Assembly (NCBI RefSeq): GCF_006345805.1 | Contig: NC_043000.1 | Span: 86,428,001-86,492,000, forward strand | Source of the DNA: Octopus sinensis | Taxonomy: Eukaryota | Length of the DNA stretch: 64,000 nt | Direction: 5' to 3' | In this document: positions 39,076 to 53,119 of the stretch, piece by piece | Numbering within the stretch: the first letter of the stretch is position 1 | How the letters are laid out: every line of letters starts with the position of its first letter | Notes under the pieces: model-generated | Told to the model about the DNA's origin: nothing | The model's database searches: none | What the model saw: only the letters and a program-made list of their open reading frames with translations | Made by a program: the position numbers and the translations under genes

Positions 39076-40019
39076 AAAGGACTGCAACTAACTATGACAA
39101 GATATTTGGTTCAATACCTAATCATTCTCTCAACTCCACCTTCATAGTGATAAACACAATAACCTATAGTTATAGTTTAAGAAGAATACTGGCTTTATAT
39201 TAAAGTAAAAAGTGCATTTTCTATGCTCTGCTTTCAAGCATAAATTTCAACATAAATAAAACTAAATTTATGTGTGGTACTGTTACTTATAGACATAAAT
39301 ACCTGCATGAATAGCTTATTTGGATATCAGCATGTTTATTCATCTGTTTCAAGAATAAGAGCTGGCTGAGTCAATAAGATTAACTGTGCAAAATATAGAT
39401 TATCAACATGAAGATCAAATATCAAAAAGTTCTACAAAGACAATGATCAAATACCTAATTCTTGTGTTTCTTTTGTTACTGTTTAGTCAGTGATGGAGAG
39501 ACAATATCCATGACACTTTAATTTATGAGATCCTCAAACTCGAGACCTACTCTGAACACTGAGTGAATTCCACTAATGACGTCCAAGGATCAGGGAACAG
39601 TGTTAAATAGGGGTGATGGATTAAGTCTTCCACTCAAGGAGTTAGATTGCAAAGGACCAGAACAAGCACCACAGGATATCTCATCCTATAATCTAACAAA
39701 ACATTTCAGCTGATGTACCAACATGAAAGGGTGAAAGTTGAAGCCAGACTCAGCAGAATTTGAATTCTGGGTGCAGAGAGCTACATGAAATACTGCAAGC
39801 TATTTTTTTCAAACACTTCAGAAGTATTGCTAATTTGCTACTAGCTAAAATTACCTAACTGTAATTAGACACCATGTAACTAGATATAATGAGTATAGTT
39901 TATAAAAATGAAGGTATAAATAATAATAACTATTTTAATTGATGCAGGCATAACTAGTGTGTAAGAATTTTGCTACCCAACAACATGTGTAATATGTGCA
40001 CACACACACACACACACAC

Positions 40020-40180
40020 AACAGGCTTCTTTCAAAATCTGTTTGCCAAGTCCACCTATAAGGCATTAGTTGGTTATGGTCCATAGCAGAAGATACCAAA
40101 CTAAGGTACCACACAGTGGAACTGAACTTGAAACTATGTGGCTGGGAAGCAAGATTCTTAGCCACACCAGTATGCCTACA
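40020..40180 (-). mobile_element. SINE head fragment
   Basis: caggcttctttc...cacagtggaactgaac...gccacacc matches the reverse-complement head of the 37596 family. Confidence 0.6.
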
Positions 40181-40839
40181 CCTATACACACCGTGCTTGT
40201 GCCTGTATACAGCCATGCCTGTGCCTATACACAGCCATGTCAGGTTCAATCCACCATGATGGATGCACCTAATTAAAAATCTAAATTAAAAATGGACTAG
40301 AATTTTGATATGTAGGCACCATCTGACAATCTGATATGTTTTGGTATTAAATGGAATTCCTCATCAAAGTGAAGTCTTATACTCATCAGATTTCTAATGA
40401 TTTCAGAAAATAATAAAGATTTTAAGTTAAAATCTTTCATTTTAATGAAACTTTAATGAATGACATTGAAAATTTGCCAGGGAGGTCTTCTGCATGGAAA
40501 ACATATAGTTTAGTAGGAACCAAAATCATTATTATTCTCAGTACAAGTAAGTTCATGTCTTGCTGAGAAGACTGAAACATATCCAGACTTGACATCTACT
40601 TCCAAAAGATTAAATTCACACTCCCATTGCATACCATCATTCATTATTTTATTAATTTAGATGGTTGTGTCACACTTACTTCTCTTGAGAGGAAATAATC
40701 ATTAAAGCTAATGATGTCCCTCTTCATTATTAATTACTCATTCTCCACTATTATTACTCATTATTAATTACTCATTCTCCATTTCCATCCAACTTCGGTT
40801 TATTTCAAAATATTCAATTTACCAATGTACTTTAGAAAG

Positions 40840-41693
40840 CTAGGTATGGCTGAGTTATTCATAAGCTTGCTACCTAACCCTCTAGTCTCAGGATTTAGTT
40901 CCACTGCATGACACTTAGGGCAAATGTTTTCTACTACAGCCCTGAACCAACCAAAGCTTTTGTGAGTGGATTTGGTAGAGAGAAACCAAAAGAGGCGGTG
41001 AGCAGGAAGAAACGTTAGCATGCCTGGCGAAATGCTTAGCGGTATTTCGTCTGCTGCTATGTTCTGAGTTCAAATTCCGCCGAAGTCGACTTTGTCTTTC
41101 ATCCTTTTGGGGTCGATTAAATAAGTACCAGTTACGCACTGGGGTCGATATAATCGACTTAATCCATTTGTCTGTCTTTGTTTGTCTCCTCTGTGTGTAG
41201 CCCCTAGTAGGTAGTAAAGAAATAGGTATTTCGTCTGCCGTTATGTTCTGAGTTCAAATTCCACCGAGGTCGACTTTGCCTTTTATCCTTTCGGGGTTGA
41301 TAAATTAAGTACCAGTTACGCACTGGGGTTGATGTAATCGACTTAATCCCTTTGTCTGTCCTTGTTTGTCCCCTCTATGTTTAGCCCCTTGTGGGCAATA
41401 AAGAAATAAGAAACCAAAAAGCCAGTTGCGTTTGTATATAAGTATATGCATATGTGTTTGTGTTGACAGCATGTGATGATTGTAAACAAGCATCACTGTC
41501 ATACAAGTGACATTGCTTGTCCCCAGTCTTTCACGAAGAACACATCTGGCCATGAAGAAATATTTCCTTGCTTGGAAACAGGTGACAGTTGACATCAGGA
41601 AGGACATCTGGCCATAGAAAATCTGCCTCAATAAATTCTTTCCTGACTCATGGAAGAATAAAAAAGTGGATGTTGAAAAGATGATGATGATGA
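40840..41693 (+). mobile_element. SINE with RTE-like tail, interrupted by a dimeric SINE
   Basis: Head 40840-40980; remainder 41420-41693 ending gtggatgttgaaaagatgatgatgatga. Confidence 0.75.
40992..41408 (+). mobile_element. Dimeric tRNA-derived SINE
   Basis: Head gaggcggtgagcaggaagaaacgttagc, two tandem bodies joined at aaagaaataggtatttcgtctgccg; TSD agaaaccaaaa at 40981-40991 and 41409-41419. Confidence 0.9.
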
Positions 41694-44139
41694 TAAATCG
41701 ATTTTAGAGATGCTACTGGCAAACACATTTTAACAAATTGAACATCCCATTATCAATATTGTTTCATTCTTAATTGATATTAGATATTGATATAAATCTA
41801 AATTTATGAATCCATACATATGTGTAATCTGTCTTAGTATGAATGCTTGTCTTTTGCTTGATTTTTTTTTAAGTAGATTTTTTTTTTAATGCAAACATGG
41901 AAATGGAGAAAAGAATATGTTAATGTCAGCATTATAAAAATGTTATAAATGACATCCCATGAGAGTATATATATATATATATATATGTGTGTGCGTGTAT
42001 ATGTATGTATTTATATATATATGTGTGTGTGTGTATGTATGTATGTATATATAGGACATTGAAATAAATATCATAAACAAAATCAACTCCATGACTGTTG
42101 AAAATGTTATTTGTAAAATCCCAAGAGGAAACAGTTTTTTGTTGCTTTTGTCACTACTTCCTGTAGTAGTTATTTTACACTCAAATAATTTACTTGTATT
42201 TGATGAGATATTTGTTGAATGAAAACTTTAAATAATGAAAAAATCCAGTGTACCAAATTGTTCAAAATGTTGCACAAGTTACTGCTAGTGTTTATGGAGG
42301 TACTTTGAAGTCTGCATGAATAATTGTTGTGTGTGACTAGAACAAATAAGTCCCTCCTTCAATATTTCCTGGGATTTATTATTTTGATCTCAACTGTTAA
42401 TGTAAGTTAAAAATTTTCTGCTAATGGGTTCAGTGATTGGACTTGTTGGGGCACTGGTTTCAAAGTTGTCTAGTGGATTATACTGGTTCTAACTGATTCA
42501 GTCTAGTACTGGAAATTATACTATTGTCCTCTTATTTTTGAACTAAGTTATGGAGCATAAAGAGACATAATATATGTGCAATACTTGCTTTATCCAGGGA
42601 CCAAAAAGTGGGCATATATTTTCTGGGGACTTCCTTATTCATAGTGGGCAGTGGTATTCTTGAATAGAACAGTGCAAGTAGTCAGAACTTCAAGTAGCCA
42701 CCAAATCTTGAGCAGGCAACCATTACACATCTGTCTTGAACATGCATTTCTATTAAACATTTTCCCTAGTTCCTCAATCCAAGAACAGCAACAGTTTGGA
42801 ATTTACAGGTATTGAACTGCAGAAATTTAAGTTAAACATTAACTACCATGATCAAAGCAGTCTTGGAGGGTCTCCTTAAACTAAATAACAAAAAGCAACA
42901 ACAACATATTTATGCATTCACTTAACAAATATTGCATCATACTTTTCAAATATATATATATAATTGCTGGTTATGTTAGTGTTGGTTTTCTTTTTATTTT
43001 GAATATATTCCAATTAATCTTACATTCAATGGTAGCTAATTAAATGTCAGACATGCCCTTCCTTAGCATGCTCTGGGATTGCATCACACACACTGGTTGA
43101 GTGAACTGTAGAATGGTCAGTCTTTTTTACTATACAATCATAGATATAATCAGAGACTCTACAGTCTAGTTTGTTAATATACAATCAAAGACTTGGTAGC
43201 CACAATGAAGACAAATAATGCAAGACAGATAAAGTAAAATTTTCTAGGTGTGTAAGAAACAAGAGGATATTTGTGTGCTAAAGTCAATGAAGATGATGAC
43301 ATGAAGAGAAGTGAATTGAGATAGATATCCTCAATGTAGGACAAGAGTTAATCAGACTGCTTATAGCTGGAAGAATTTAGAGAGTGGTAAAGACTGTAGG
43401 TAAACTTAGAAGAATGAGAAAGAATAATTCTGAGTTAGAAAATTCTATATAACCAAAAATTTCCACCTAATATAAAGTTCAAATATAGAGTGCTGCCTAG
43501 GCAGCAGAGATGGCTAAGAGATGAAGAGCGAGAGATTTGGGTCTCTGAGAAGGCTTAAATATCAATATACAGTTCATATATTAAAAGAAGGGAGGGAAGG
43601 ATTAATCTTGGGTGAAGTCTATGAATATTGGTGTAGTTTGAAATTTCAAAGAGGAATAAAGCTGTAGAAATATACCTTTTAACTATGGAGTAGAACCTTT
43701 ATCAAAAGAAGAATCAAGGAGTATTACTAGAAACTAGAAAACACAAATAAATTTTCATAAGGACTGCGATCTTTTGAAAACGTTTGAAACTGGAATATAA
43801 TTTGATTAGATCTTAGAAATATGAGTATAAATAAAAACAGAAAAATTATAATTTTAGAACAAAATGCGCATTAAATAATGGTTGGGGTGGCTTTAAAGAA
43901 ACTGAATTTTAAAGCCTTTTATTCATAAAACAAAACAAACAAAAAACCAACATAATTTATTTTTAATGTAAGTCTTTTACTGAACACTTATATGCAAATG
44001 TGATGTTAGAAGTTACATCTATACTAGCACAAAAAAGACAATTAAACAGTAATTTCGGTAGTTGGTTTTATAGTTTTCTGAAAATTATGATGCAACTTTC
44101 ACAGAACACTACCTTATCAAGTAAAATGTTGAGTGAAGT

Positions 44140-44465
44140 ATCATCATTATCATCATCGTTTAGCGTCCGCTTTCCATGCTAGCATGGGTTGGACGGTTCA
44201 ACTGGGGTCTGGGAAGCCAGAAGGCTACACCAAGCCCAGTCTGATCTGGCAACATTTCTACAGCTGGATGCCCTTCCTAATGCCAACCACTCCATGAGTA
44301 TAGTGGGTGCTTTTTACGTGCCACCAGCACAGGTGCCAGACGAGTCTGGCAAACGGCCACGATCGGATGGTGCTTTTTATGTGCCACCAGCACGGGGGCC
44401 AGGCAGGGCTGGCAACGGCCACGAACGGATGGTGCTTTTTACGTGCCACCGGCTCTAGGCCAGTC
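44140..44465 (-). mobile_element. 5'-truncated copy of the RTE-tail retroposon with tandem hairpin units
   Basis: Reverse complement of about 820-1139, with ~3 gtggcacgtaaaaagcacc units. Confidence 0.85.
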
Positions 44466-44806
44466 GCAATAAGAGAATACTAAGTTATGAAATAGAGTAA
44501 AAATATTTAGACAATATGATGTAAGTGATCAATGTGTATGAGCGTGGACCTATGCATGGGAACAATGACAAGATTTTTTGCATATAATATAATTTTTTGA
44601 GCATATTAACACAGATGTTAGGATTAGGAAAGGTTTAATTTGAACACTGACAACAAAAGCCATTGTGGCAAAATTAGAGCAGAAATGGAACATATGTAAT
44701 CTAATAGTTGAACAAAGCTTTCAATTTGAATGGATTAATGCATGAATATATGTATGTCTATATGTGTGCATTTTTGTGTATATACATACATGTATGCATG
44801 TGTGTG

Positions 44807-44856
<50 letters not shown>

Positions 44857-47029
44857 TGCATTTAAATGTAAAAAGGAGATGAGAATCAGGGGGGAAAATG
44901 GAGAAATTTTCTATGATTTCAGCAGTATTCATCTGAATTCTTAACAGTAAAAAAGGAGGCAATACAGAGAATATTATTTTATGTGGTATTATATAATATT
45001 AAATATGGATTGCATAGATTTTTTTATGCATGCCTTCTGCATATAAAACAGAACAAATTCATACATGTTACATACTGATTAATAACCTCAAGATAGATTT
45101 CTAAAGCTTCAATTATTGATTTTGAAAGATCTTTTGTTATAGCATTTCAGTAACAAAAAATGTGAATAAAGAGAAATATCTATCATTGATCTGAGTTTGA
45201 ATTGGTCATCTTTTATTGAACTCTACTTACAAATTATTGTTCAGCAGAAATATAAGGATATATCTTACATGTAAAAATAAATCATATTTTTTAAGTAAGG
45301 CAATGAAAAATTGGTATAGCTGTTAGAGTAGTTGAGAGAATGTTTTGCGGTATTTGTTCTAGCTCTCTGAGTTCAAATCCTGCCAAGGTCAGAGTTTGCA
45401 TTTCACTCTTTCAGGGTCAATAAATAAAACACCAGAACAGAATGAAGGATTTGTGAAAATATAAAAAGATTAAATGTGAAGTTTTGCTGGGATTTTGTAT
45501 TCTGAGTTCAAATTTTATCTCCTATCACCAATTCCATTGTTGTGAGAAGCAGGTTCTTTGAGACTCAGCTAACACCAGATAGAATGACATGTCAACTGCA
45601 GTAATTCAACTGTGTTGAATTCCTACTTTCTTCCTGCTTGTTATTTTCCCTGATACTGTTTGGCTTCTTTTGTGGCTCCAACTACTTCCAAACACCTTGG
45701 TCATGCCCTCAGGTTGGAATCTATTAATTTCTATTTACTAATGATCTATTAATTAACTCTTTAAGTCTTTCAATCCATTTGAATGAATGAAAATAGTATT
45801 GCAACAGTTCAGCAGGTTGAAATTTTAACACATCACAATAAATATTAACAATTACACCCTATTATTGTATGTCTCATTATATTTTATTCAGTTAAATAAA
45901 TCAGATTAGTGCCTCTGAAAATTAATGAAAAGATTCTGAAGTTATTTGTTCCATAAGAGATTAACTATGTCAATATTGCCTTGTATATTAGACAAACTAA
46001 TGAAAACGACGAATAGAAAAAAGGATCCTGAAATGAAGTGATTTAAATAGTGTTGGTGATGGAGATGGAGTATATTGCATGTGATGAGGGATGAAAACAC
46101 AAGGAGTTTTAATTTGGAGTTGACCACAACTTCAATCAGCTATTCAAAGAAGCAGTAATCAATCAGAAATTTTTTTTTTTTTTTCTTAATGTTGTTCTGG
46201 CTATTGGCAATTTTAAATATTTGAATTTAACTTTCACAATGCGCTATTTTGGAGCTGTTTAGAATATCATTTATAATTACAGTTTAATCAGGACAAAATT
46301 GTAACATAACACCTTAAAAGAAATGCAGTAGGATAAATACTAACATGAAAGAGAGACATTAAGATACTGCTGCTGCTGCTAAAGAAGATAATGATGACAA
46401 TGATGACAACAACAACAACAACGATTATGATAATGATGATGATGGTGATGATGATGTTAGTGTAGCATTTTTTTTTTATTTAAATAGGTATCAGGCTATA
46501 ATTACTAAGATAAAATGGACTATTTAATATGAAAAAATATATGTAAAAAAAAAAGAGAAAAAAAACCATATCTAAAATATAATTCATTTGTGAAAGTTTT
46601 TTTTCCTTGATAATTAAATAGGTATTGAAATCTGGTAATAAAAATGAAATGTATGTACATAAGAGAATTTCAATTACTCTGAAGAAAATCGTTGAAGTGG
46701 TTTTAAAATTAAGTCATTGGATTTCTTTGATATAAGCTCCAAGTTCTTACTTGCTGGAGTCTCTTTTTTTTTGTATGTGAATATATTACACTAATGATAA
46801 ATCACATAAATAGACTAGTCAAATACTTCAAATAACAAATTTATTTCAAATTTGTTTTCTTTTATTATTCCTTTTAAACAAAAGATCAGATATCCATGTA
46901 GAAATTCATTTCTTTTATTAGTAGTCTTTTTTATGTAGGAAGTAAAAGTCTTAGTCATGCTACATTGGATGTTTTCTTTTGCTACTTTGTATATTCATGT
47001 TTGTTTGAAAGTGAATGCATGTGAGTGAG

Positions 47030-47071
<42 letters not shown>

Positions 47072-47276
47072 TGGTTTTTGTTTTAGTTAAAATTCAATTT
47101 CCAAAATCTTCAATTAAGATTAACTCATAAAAAGTTTGTCAAAAAAGTTCAGTGAGTTGATTTACCAAAAGAAGTAAAAACAGCAGCTTCAGAAATTTGT
47201 CATTTGTCATTCTTTTGTGTTGTGTGTTTGCATGTATGTGTGTTTGTGTATGTGTATGTGAAAGTGCATTTATGTA

Positions 47277-47277
47277 T

Positions 47278-47358
<81 letters not shown>
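47277..47358. repeat. (TG)n(AG)n compound microsatellite
   Basis: Direct reading; one of dozens of di- and trinucleotide microsatellites in the window. Confidence 0.95.
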
Positions 47359-47365
<7 letters not shown>

Positions 47366-47742
47366 TGAGAAAGTATAGAAGTCTCATCACAGAAGTTGAG
47401 ATGAGAAAATGAATGCAGTAAAGGAGCAATGTGAAAGGGTTCATATAATGAGAAAGAGAGTAAAAGGAACAGTTAGAAATGGATAGGTGGTGAAGGAGAG
47501 TGACAACTCTTGAAAATGAGAAGGAAGTTTGCTTCATAACCACAAAATTTTGTGCTCAATTCCAGAAAGTTGCATCTTAGACATCTATATGTTTGAGTTG
47601 ACCAATGACTTGTAGCTAGAATTTGATTGATGCAAACTGTGCCAAGGCCTGTTTTGATTGTGTGTGCGTGTGTGTGTGTGAGTGTGTGTGTGTGCGTGCA
47701 CACGTGTGTGTGCATGTGTGTTTGTCATATATATGTATATCA

Positions 47743-48186
47743 CCATCGTTTTAATATCAACTTTTCCATGCTTGCATGAGTTGGAAGGAGTTTATTGAAG
47801 CAAATTTCCTATAGCTAGATGCCCTTCCTGTTGCCAACTCTCTCCTGTCTCCAAGTAAAGTAATATTTCCCCATGGCCAAACATGTTCTTGTAAAATACT
47901 GGAAATGAATGACACTGCTCGAATGACAGTGATAATTATTTACAACTATCACATGATGTCAAGACAAGATACAAACACACACACTCACACATACATATGA
48001 ACACACATATTTATATATATATATGATGAGCTTCTTTTCATTTCTGCCTACCAGGTTCACTAACAAGGTATGGTCAGCCCAGGGCTATAGTATAAAAACA
48101 CACTTGCCCCAGATGCTATGCAATGGACTGAACTGAAAACCATGTAGTTGGAAAACAAACTTTTTAATAACACGGCCTCACCTGCA
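47743..48186 (-). mobile_element. Degraded SINE with RTE-like tail
   Basis: catcgttttaatatcaacttttccatgcttgcatg tail, central (CA/TA)n, head ending ...cacggcctcacctgc. Confidence 0.7.
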
Positions 48187-48666
48187 ACTATTGCCTGTGC
48201 ATGTGTGTGTGTGCGTGCGCACACGCACGCACATGCCATTAAAAGAAATGCTTTGATGCTCTGGAGTAAATCCTTCTTTGGAGAGTATGAAAAGTTTTTC
48301 AGTGTGTTTAGTCCTTGAGAGCTTGGATATAATGAAAAATGACAGGTAATGGTAGAGAACTGTTTATTGCACATGCATGGGAGGAAAGTAATTGGTCAAA
48401 GAAAAGAGATGGAAGAGAGAGAAAGAAAGAGATACACAGCAACAGACTTGGATACTGGAAATTATGCTGCCAGCTCACATGTTCTTGTATATACACACAT
48501 ATATATACACATGCAGATTTGCAATAAACAATATGTATACATATGATGTCCATATGTATGCAGTTTAGATAACTCAATGCACTGTAATCTGAATATGCAT
48601 GCACAACCACATTAGTACAGACACACACACATACAGTATTTGTCTATATATATATATATATATATA

Positions 48667-48996
48667 CTCTTTACACTTTTACTCTTTTACTTGTTTCAGT
48701 TATTTGACTGTGGCCATGCTGGAGCACCGCCTTTAGTCGAGCAAATCACCCCCAAGACTTATTCTTTGTAAGCCTAGTACTTATTCTATCTGTCTCTTTG
48801 CTGAACACACACATATATATATATATACGACTGGCTTCTTTCAGTTTTCGTCTGCCAAATCCACTCACAAGGCTTTGGTCTGCCCGAGGCTATAGTAGAA
48901 GACACTTGCCCAAGGTGCCACACAGTGGGACTGGGACTGAACCTGGAACCATGTGGTTGGTAAGCAAGCTACTTACCACACAGCCACTCCTGCACC
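48667..48996 (-). mobile_element. tRNA-derived SINE, internally deleted
   Basis: Near-identical to 52731-53119 but lacks about 60 bp before the central microsatellite. Confidence 0.88.
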
Positions 48997-49014
48997 TATA
49001 ATATATATATTATA

Positions 49015-49058
<44 letters not shown>

Positions 49059-49329
49059 CATGAATGAATATAAATAATATTTGTTTGATTTAGGTACAAA
49101 GCTAACAGGTTTAAAGTGGGAGAGATTAGTTAATATCATCAACCCCAGTACTTTATTGTGATAAAATGCAAAATTGACATTGATGAAATTCAAACCCAGT
49201 ACATAGAGAGCCTGAAGAAATTCTACAAGGCATTTTATCTGACATTAATGATTCTGGCAAAGATGAAAATAAAGCTAAAAATAAAGGTAAAAACATTATT
49301 ATAAGAAGTATTGTGTATAACAGATGGAC

Positions 49330-50750
49330 ATAATAACATGTAGGTGGGATGGTTAATGGTGATTTAAAATAAGAAGCCAAAGGCTTTTCCAAAGTTCGTC
49401 AAAGAATTCTGTAAAATTGCTTACCAAAGCAATCAACTACCAGATGATGAGTGGTTGAACTCTTCATGTTGTCAAAGACCTGTTTCACCAATGAAGAGAG
49501 CACCGTAAGATTGAAATGTAATGCAATATATGATATTGGTAGACATCTAGTTGACATTTTGGCTAATAAGGTACTGGTGTCAATGATTGTTGTGATTATA
49601 CTGATGTAGAGTCAGGTATGGTAAAACAGCAAGTACATTTGAAAATACTTGATTGAGTGCGGCTCTGGAGGCAAGGGAGCTTCTAACAATGCAAAGAGAT
49701 TTTCATATATTTTTTGAAGGTGAGAAGTGCTGTGGGGAAAGACTGGAAAAGTGATGGGGTTAGTGATTGAAAAGTGATGGAATTATAATTCAGAAGCTAA
49801 AGAGAGCTACATGATTCAGTGGGAGGATGGTCATGTGAAAGTGAGACAGGGGATCTGATATGTAGGAGTACATGTAGAAAATAGATAAGTACTGGCATGG
49901 TTGAGGGCTTGTGCCTAATAGAATCTTTTCTACTCTAGGCACAAGGCCCGAAATTCTGGGGTAGGGGGCCAGTCGATTAGATCGACTCCAGTACACAACT
50001 GGTACTTAATTTATTAACCCCGAAAGGATGAAAGACAAAGTCGACCTCGGTGGAATTTGAACTCAGAACATAAAGACAGACAAAATACTGCTAAGCATTT
50101 CGCCCGGAGTGCTAATGTTTCTGCCAGCTTAGGCCTAGTAGAATACAAGATTCACAACCATTCAAGGTTGCTCTTGATTGAAAAAGTGCCACATTTGAAC
50201 AGACTTGGAGTTCAAATAATAAATTATACATAATCAATGAAATTAAAAGAATAGAGAAAATTAATAGCAGATTTGCTGTTTCTAGACTGAGAAGAGTGGA
50301 AAGAGGTAGGGTTTGGTGCAATCGTAATGAGACTGTTGATAGTGATGATAATACTTAGGAAACTGACATGTCAAGTATAGAAGAAATGAATTCTTGAGCA
50401 GGATAAAATGAATTAGTTTCAAACTTGTAGGTATCAAGTTACTGTTTGGTGAGAAGATGGTGATGATGCAGTCATCAGTATGCCAACCACACAATTCTGA
50501 AGTGAGTTCAGTGAACTGGACAAAACTTTATTCCTCAATGTCATCTAAGAAAAGGTTTTCATAAGTTGGGCTCTTGTTAGCACCTATAGCAACCCTGCTG
50601 AATTATTTGAAAAACCCACCATAATTAAGTTCAGATAGATACTGGAAGGTGGCATTGGATCAGATGTAGAGGGCAGGTTTTAAGAAATGATAGGCCATTG
50701 TTGTGTAGAGTTATTTAACTCACATTACTCCATACCTTTCAATTTCTCTC
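49330..50750 (-). mobile_element. Highly degraded LINE remnant
   Basis: Only faint RT-like traces on the minus strand (FGKAF-like near 49380-49400, NYRPIS-like near 49560-49590); boundaries uncertain. Confidence 0.3.
49925..50136 (-). mobile_element. tRNA-derived SINE (same head as 5657 family, different tail)
   Basis: gaaaggatgaaagacaaagtcgacctcggtggaatttgaactcag core; flanking duplication ta(a/g)tagaat. Confidence 0.85.
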
Positions 50751-52730
50751 TCACCTCATATCTATCCCAATGCCTTTCACAAGACCATTTCTAGCCTTCA
50801 AGAGATATAAGAATTTCTGCAACCTTTTAGTTTGAAGCTTCCTGGCCCCAAACCACACTCAACCATTTACTTTCAAATGCCCTCATTGCATGTACCACAC
50901 CTATTCTCATCACAGCAATCACCAACTCCAAACTCCAGTATCAATTCACCCAAAATTTCAGTTACCCATTCCCAATAATTTATACTGAACCACACGCAAA
51001 CTCTGTAGAATCCTTTAGAATCTCACTATTTCAACAAATTTGACCACTCCATTAACTAACTTTTAGTGTCTGGCATTATTGTCTGCCACAGGACATCACA
51101 CTCCAGAAAATACAAAGAACAACACACTGTATTCAACATGAAAATGAATGTAATGGTTCCACTATTCTCTATTTGACCTAAAGTTCAATATCTGTTAGCT
51201 GTCATGTTTGAGTCATTGTTTCTTCCACTGGTGCATCTTTGTGAAATAACAAAACTTTTAATCTACTTCAAAATATAGGAATTGTTTGTTCATTCAGATA
51301 ATTAATTTCAAAACAACAAAGACACAAAAATAAAGCCAAACTTGTATAAATGGTAAACTTATTAGGTAAATTATGAAAAACAAATGATCAGGAATAGAGT
51401 TCAGCATTGTTTTCCAAATAAATTACAAAACTATATAACAGATATGAAAAAGAGAAAGTAAAAAAGAAGGAAGAAATTTTCAAGTTGACAGAGTCTTTCA
51501 AAATATGAATGAATTATTCAGTTTAGACAATGAATAATTAAAGAACAAATATGCCTTATTGTCAAAACAAAAGAACCAAGTGTTTGGTGGCTTTATGAGA
51601 TAAACAAATTGAAATAAATGTCAAAAATCCCACCAAAAGAAAAACAAAATGTTTTCTTAAGATTTCCACCAACGCAGATTTCTGATCTTTTCTCACTGCA
51701 CCGAAATAATAAGTTAATGAAGCCACAACAATATTATAAGTTAGATCTCCTTATGGGCAGTCATACAACACTAGAATTACAAAAGTACAATCTGTAAGTG
51801 AGAAATAGTTGTACTGCTATGATTAGCAAAAGTAAACAAGTTAAGTTAGAGATCTAATTAAGCATGTATTGTTAATAGATAGAATGTGCTTTTAGTAATA
51901 TTACATTTCTAGCCATTCCATGTTTCTTAATGGTTCTTTTTTTATTTATCAAAACAAAGCAAATTTTACTCCTGTGAATTTAGTATAAAATATTAACAAA
52001 ACTGACCCAACAACGCTTCCAGTTTGCTACTTTCTTAGTGTATGGAATTCATATTGAACACTGTTAACAATGACCTTTTTCCAGTTTTGTTAAGCATCTG
52101 GGGAGAATTTCACTGTAAACTTTAATGTACATGAAATATCCTTTTTATAATAACAATTCAGTTGTTTGTTTGTACATATGCTGTGACATTCTTATTAGTA
52201 AGCAATGTTTAACATAAGAAATAAATGGACTTTGATAGAATGTAGCCTCTTTAACAAGACTAAGGAAATCCCTTTGCCATAGTAAGTCATTTTATTCAGT
52301 AGCCAAGGAAGGATTACTAATATTATATGTAGTTGATAGATAGATAAATTGATAAATATTTAGACTAAACTAAATATATGTATGTATATATATATGTATA
52401 TATTATATGCTATACATATATATATGTATGTATCTATCTCTCAAGAAATCTCTTACACTATCTGTTTGTCTATTTGTCTGACAGACTGTCTGTCTGCCTG
52501 CCTGCCTGATTGTATGTCTATCTGTCTGTCTATTTTATAATTTTGCTTAAGTCTAGCAATACTAATAATTTGTTGTTAGACATGAGTATGCATATGCTTC
52601 AGAATAATGTTTTAGAAGAGTACTAAGCATAATATGGATTAATTGAATGTCAAGGGAACACACACACACACATGCTTGCATGCACACACGTATATTCATG
52701 TATGTATGTGATACATTGGTAAGTATATAT

Positions 52731-53119
52731 ACTCTTTTATTTGTTTCAGTCATTTGACTGCAGCCATGCTGGAGCACCGCCTTTAGTCGAGCAAATCAAC
52801 CCCAGGACTTATTCTTTGTAAGCCTAGTACTTATTCTATTGGTCTCTCTTGCCGAACTGCTAATTTACGGGGATGTAAACACACCAGCATTGGTTGTCAA
52901 GCGATGTTGGAGAGGACAAACACAGACACACAAACACACACACACCTATATATATACGACGGGCTTCTTTCAGTTTCCGTCTACCAAATCCATTCACAAG
53001 GCTTTGGTCAGCCCGAGGTTATAGTAGAAGACACTTGCCCAAGATGCCACACAGTGGGACTGAACCCGGAACCATGTGGTTTGTAAGCAAGCTACTTACC
53101 ACACAGCCACTCCTGCGCC
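52731..53119 (-). mobile_element. Full-length tRNA-derived SINE
   Basis: Reverse complement of the 37596-38015 family, well preserved. Confidence 0.9.

Noticed and set aside
42480-43800. Faint LINE-like remnants (PRTATVWN; a similar trace at about 10380-10580 on the minus strand)
   Set aside because: Too degraded to assign boundaries or family.
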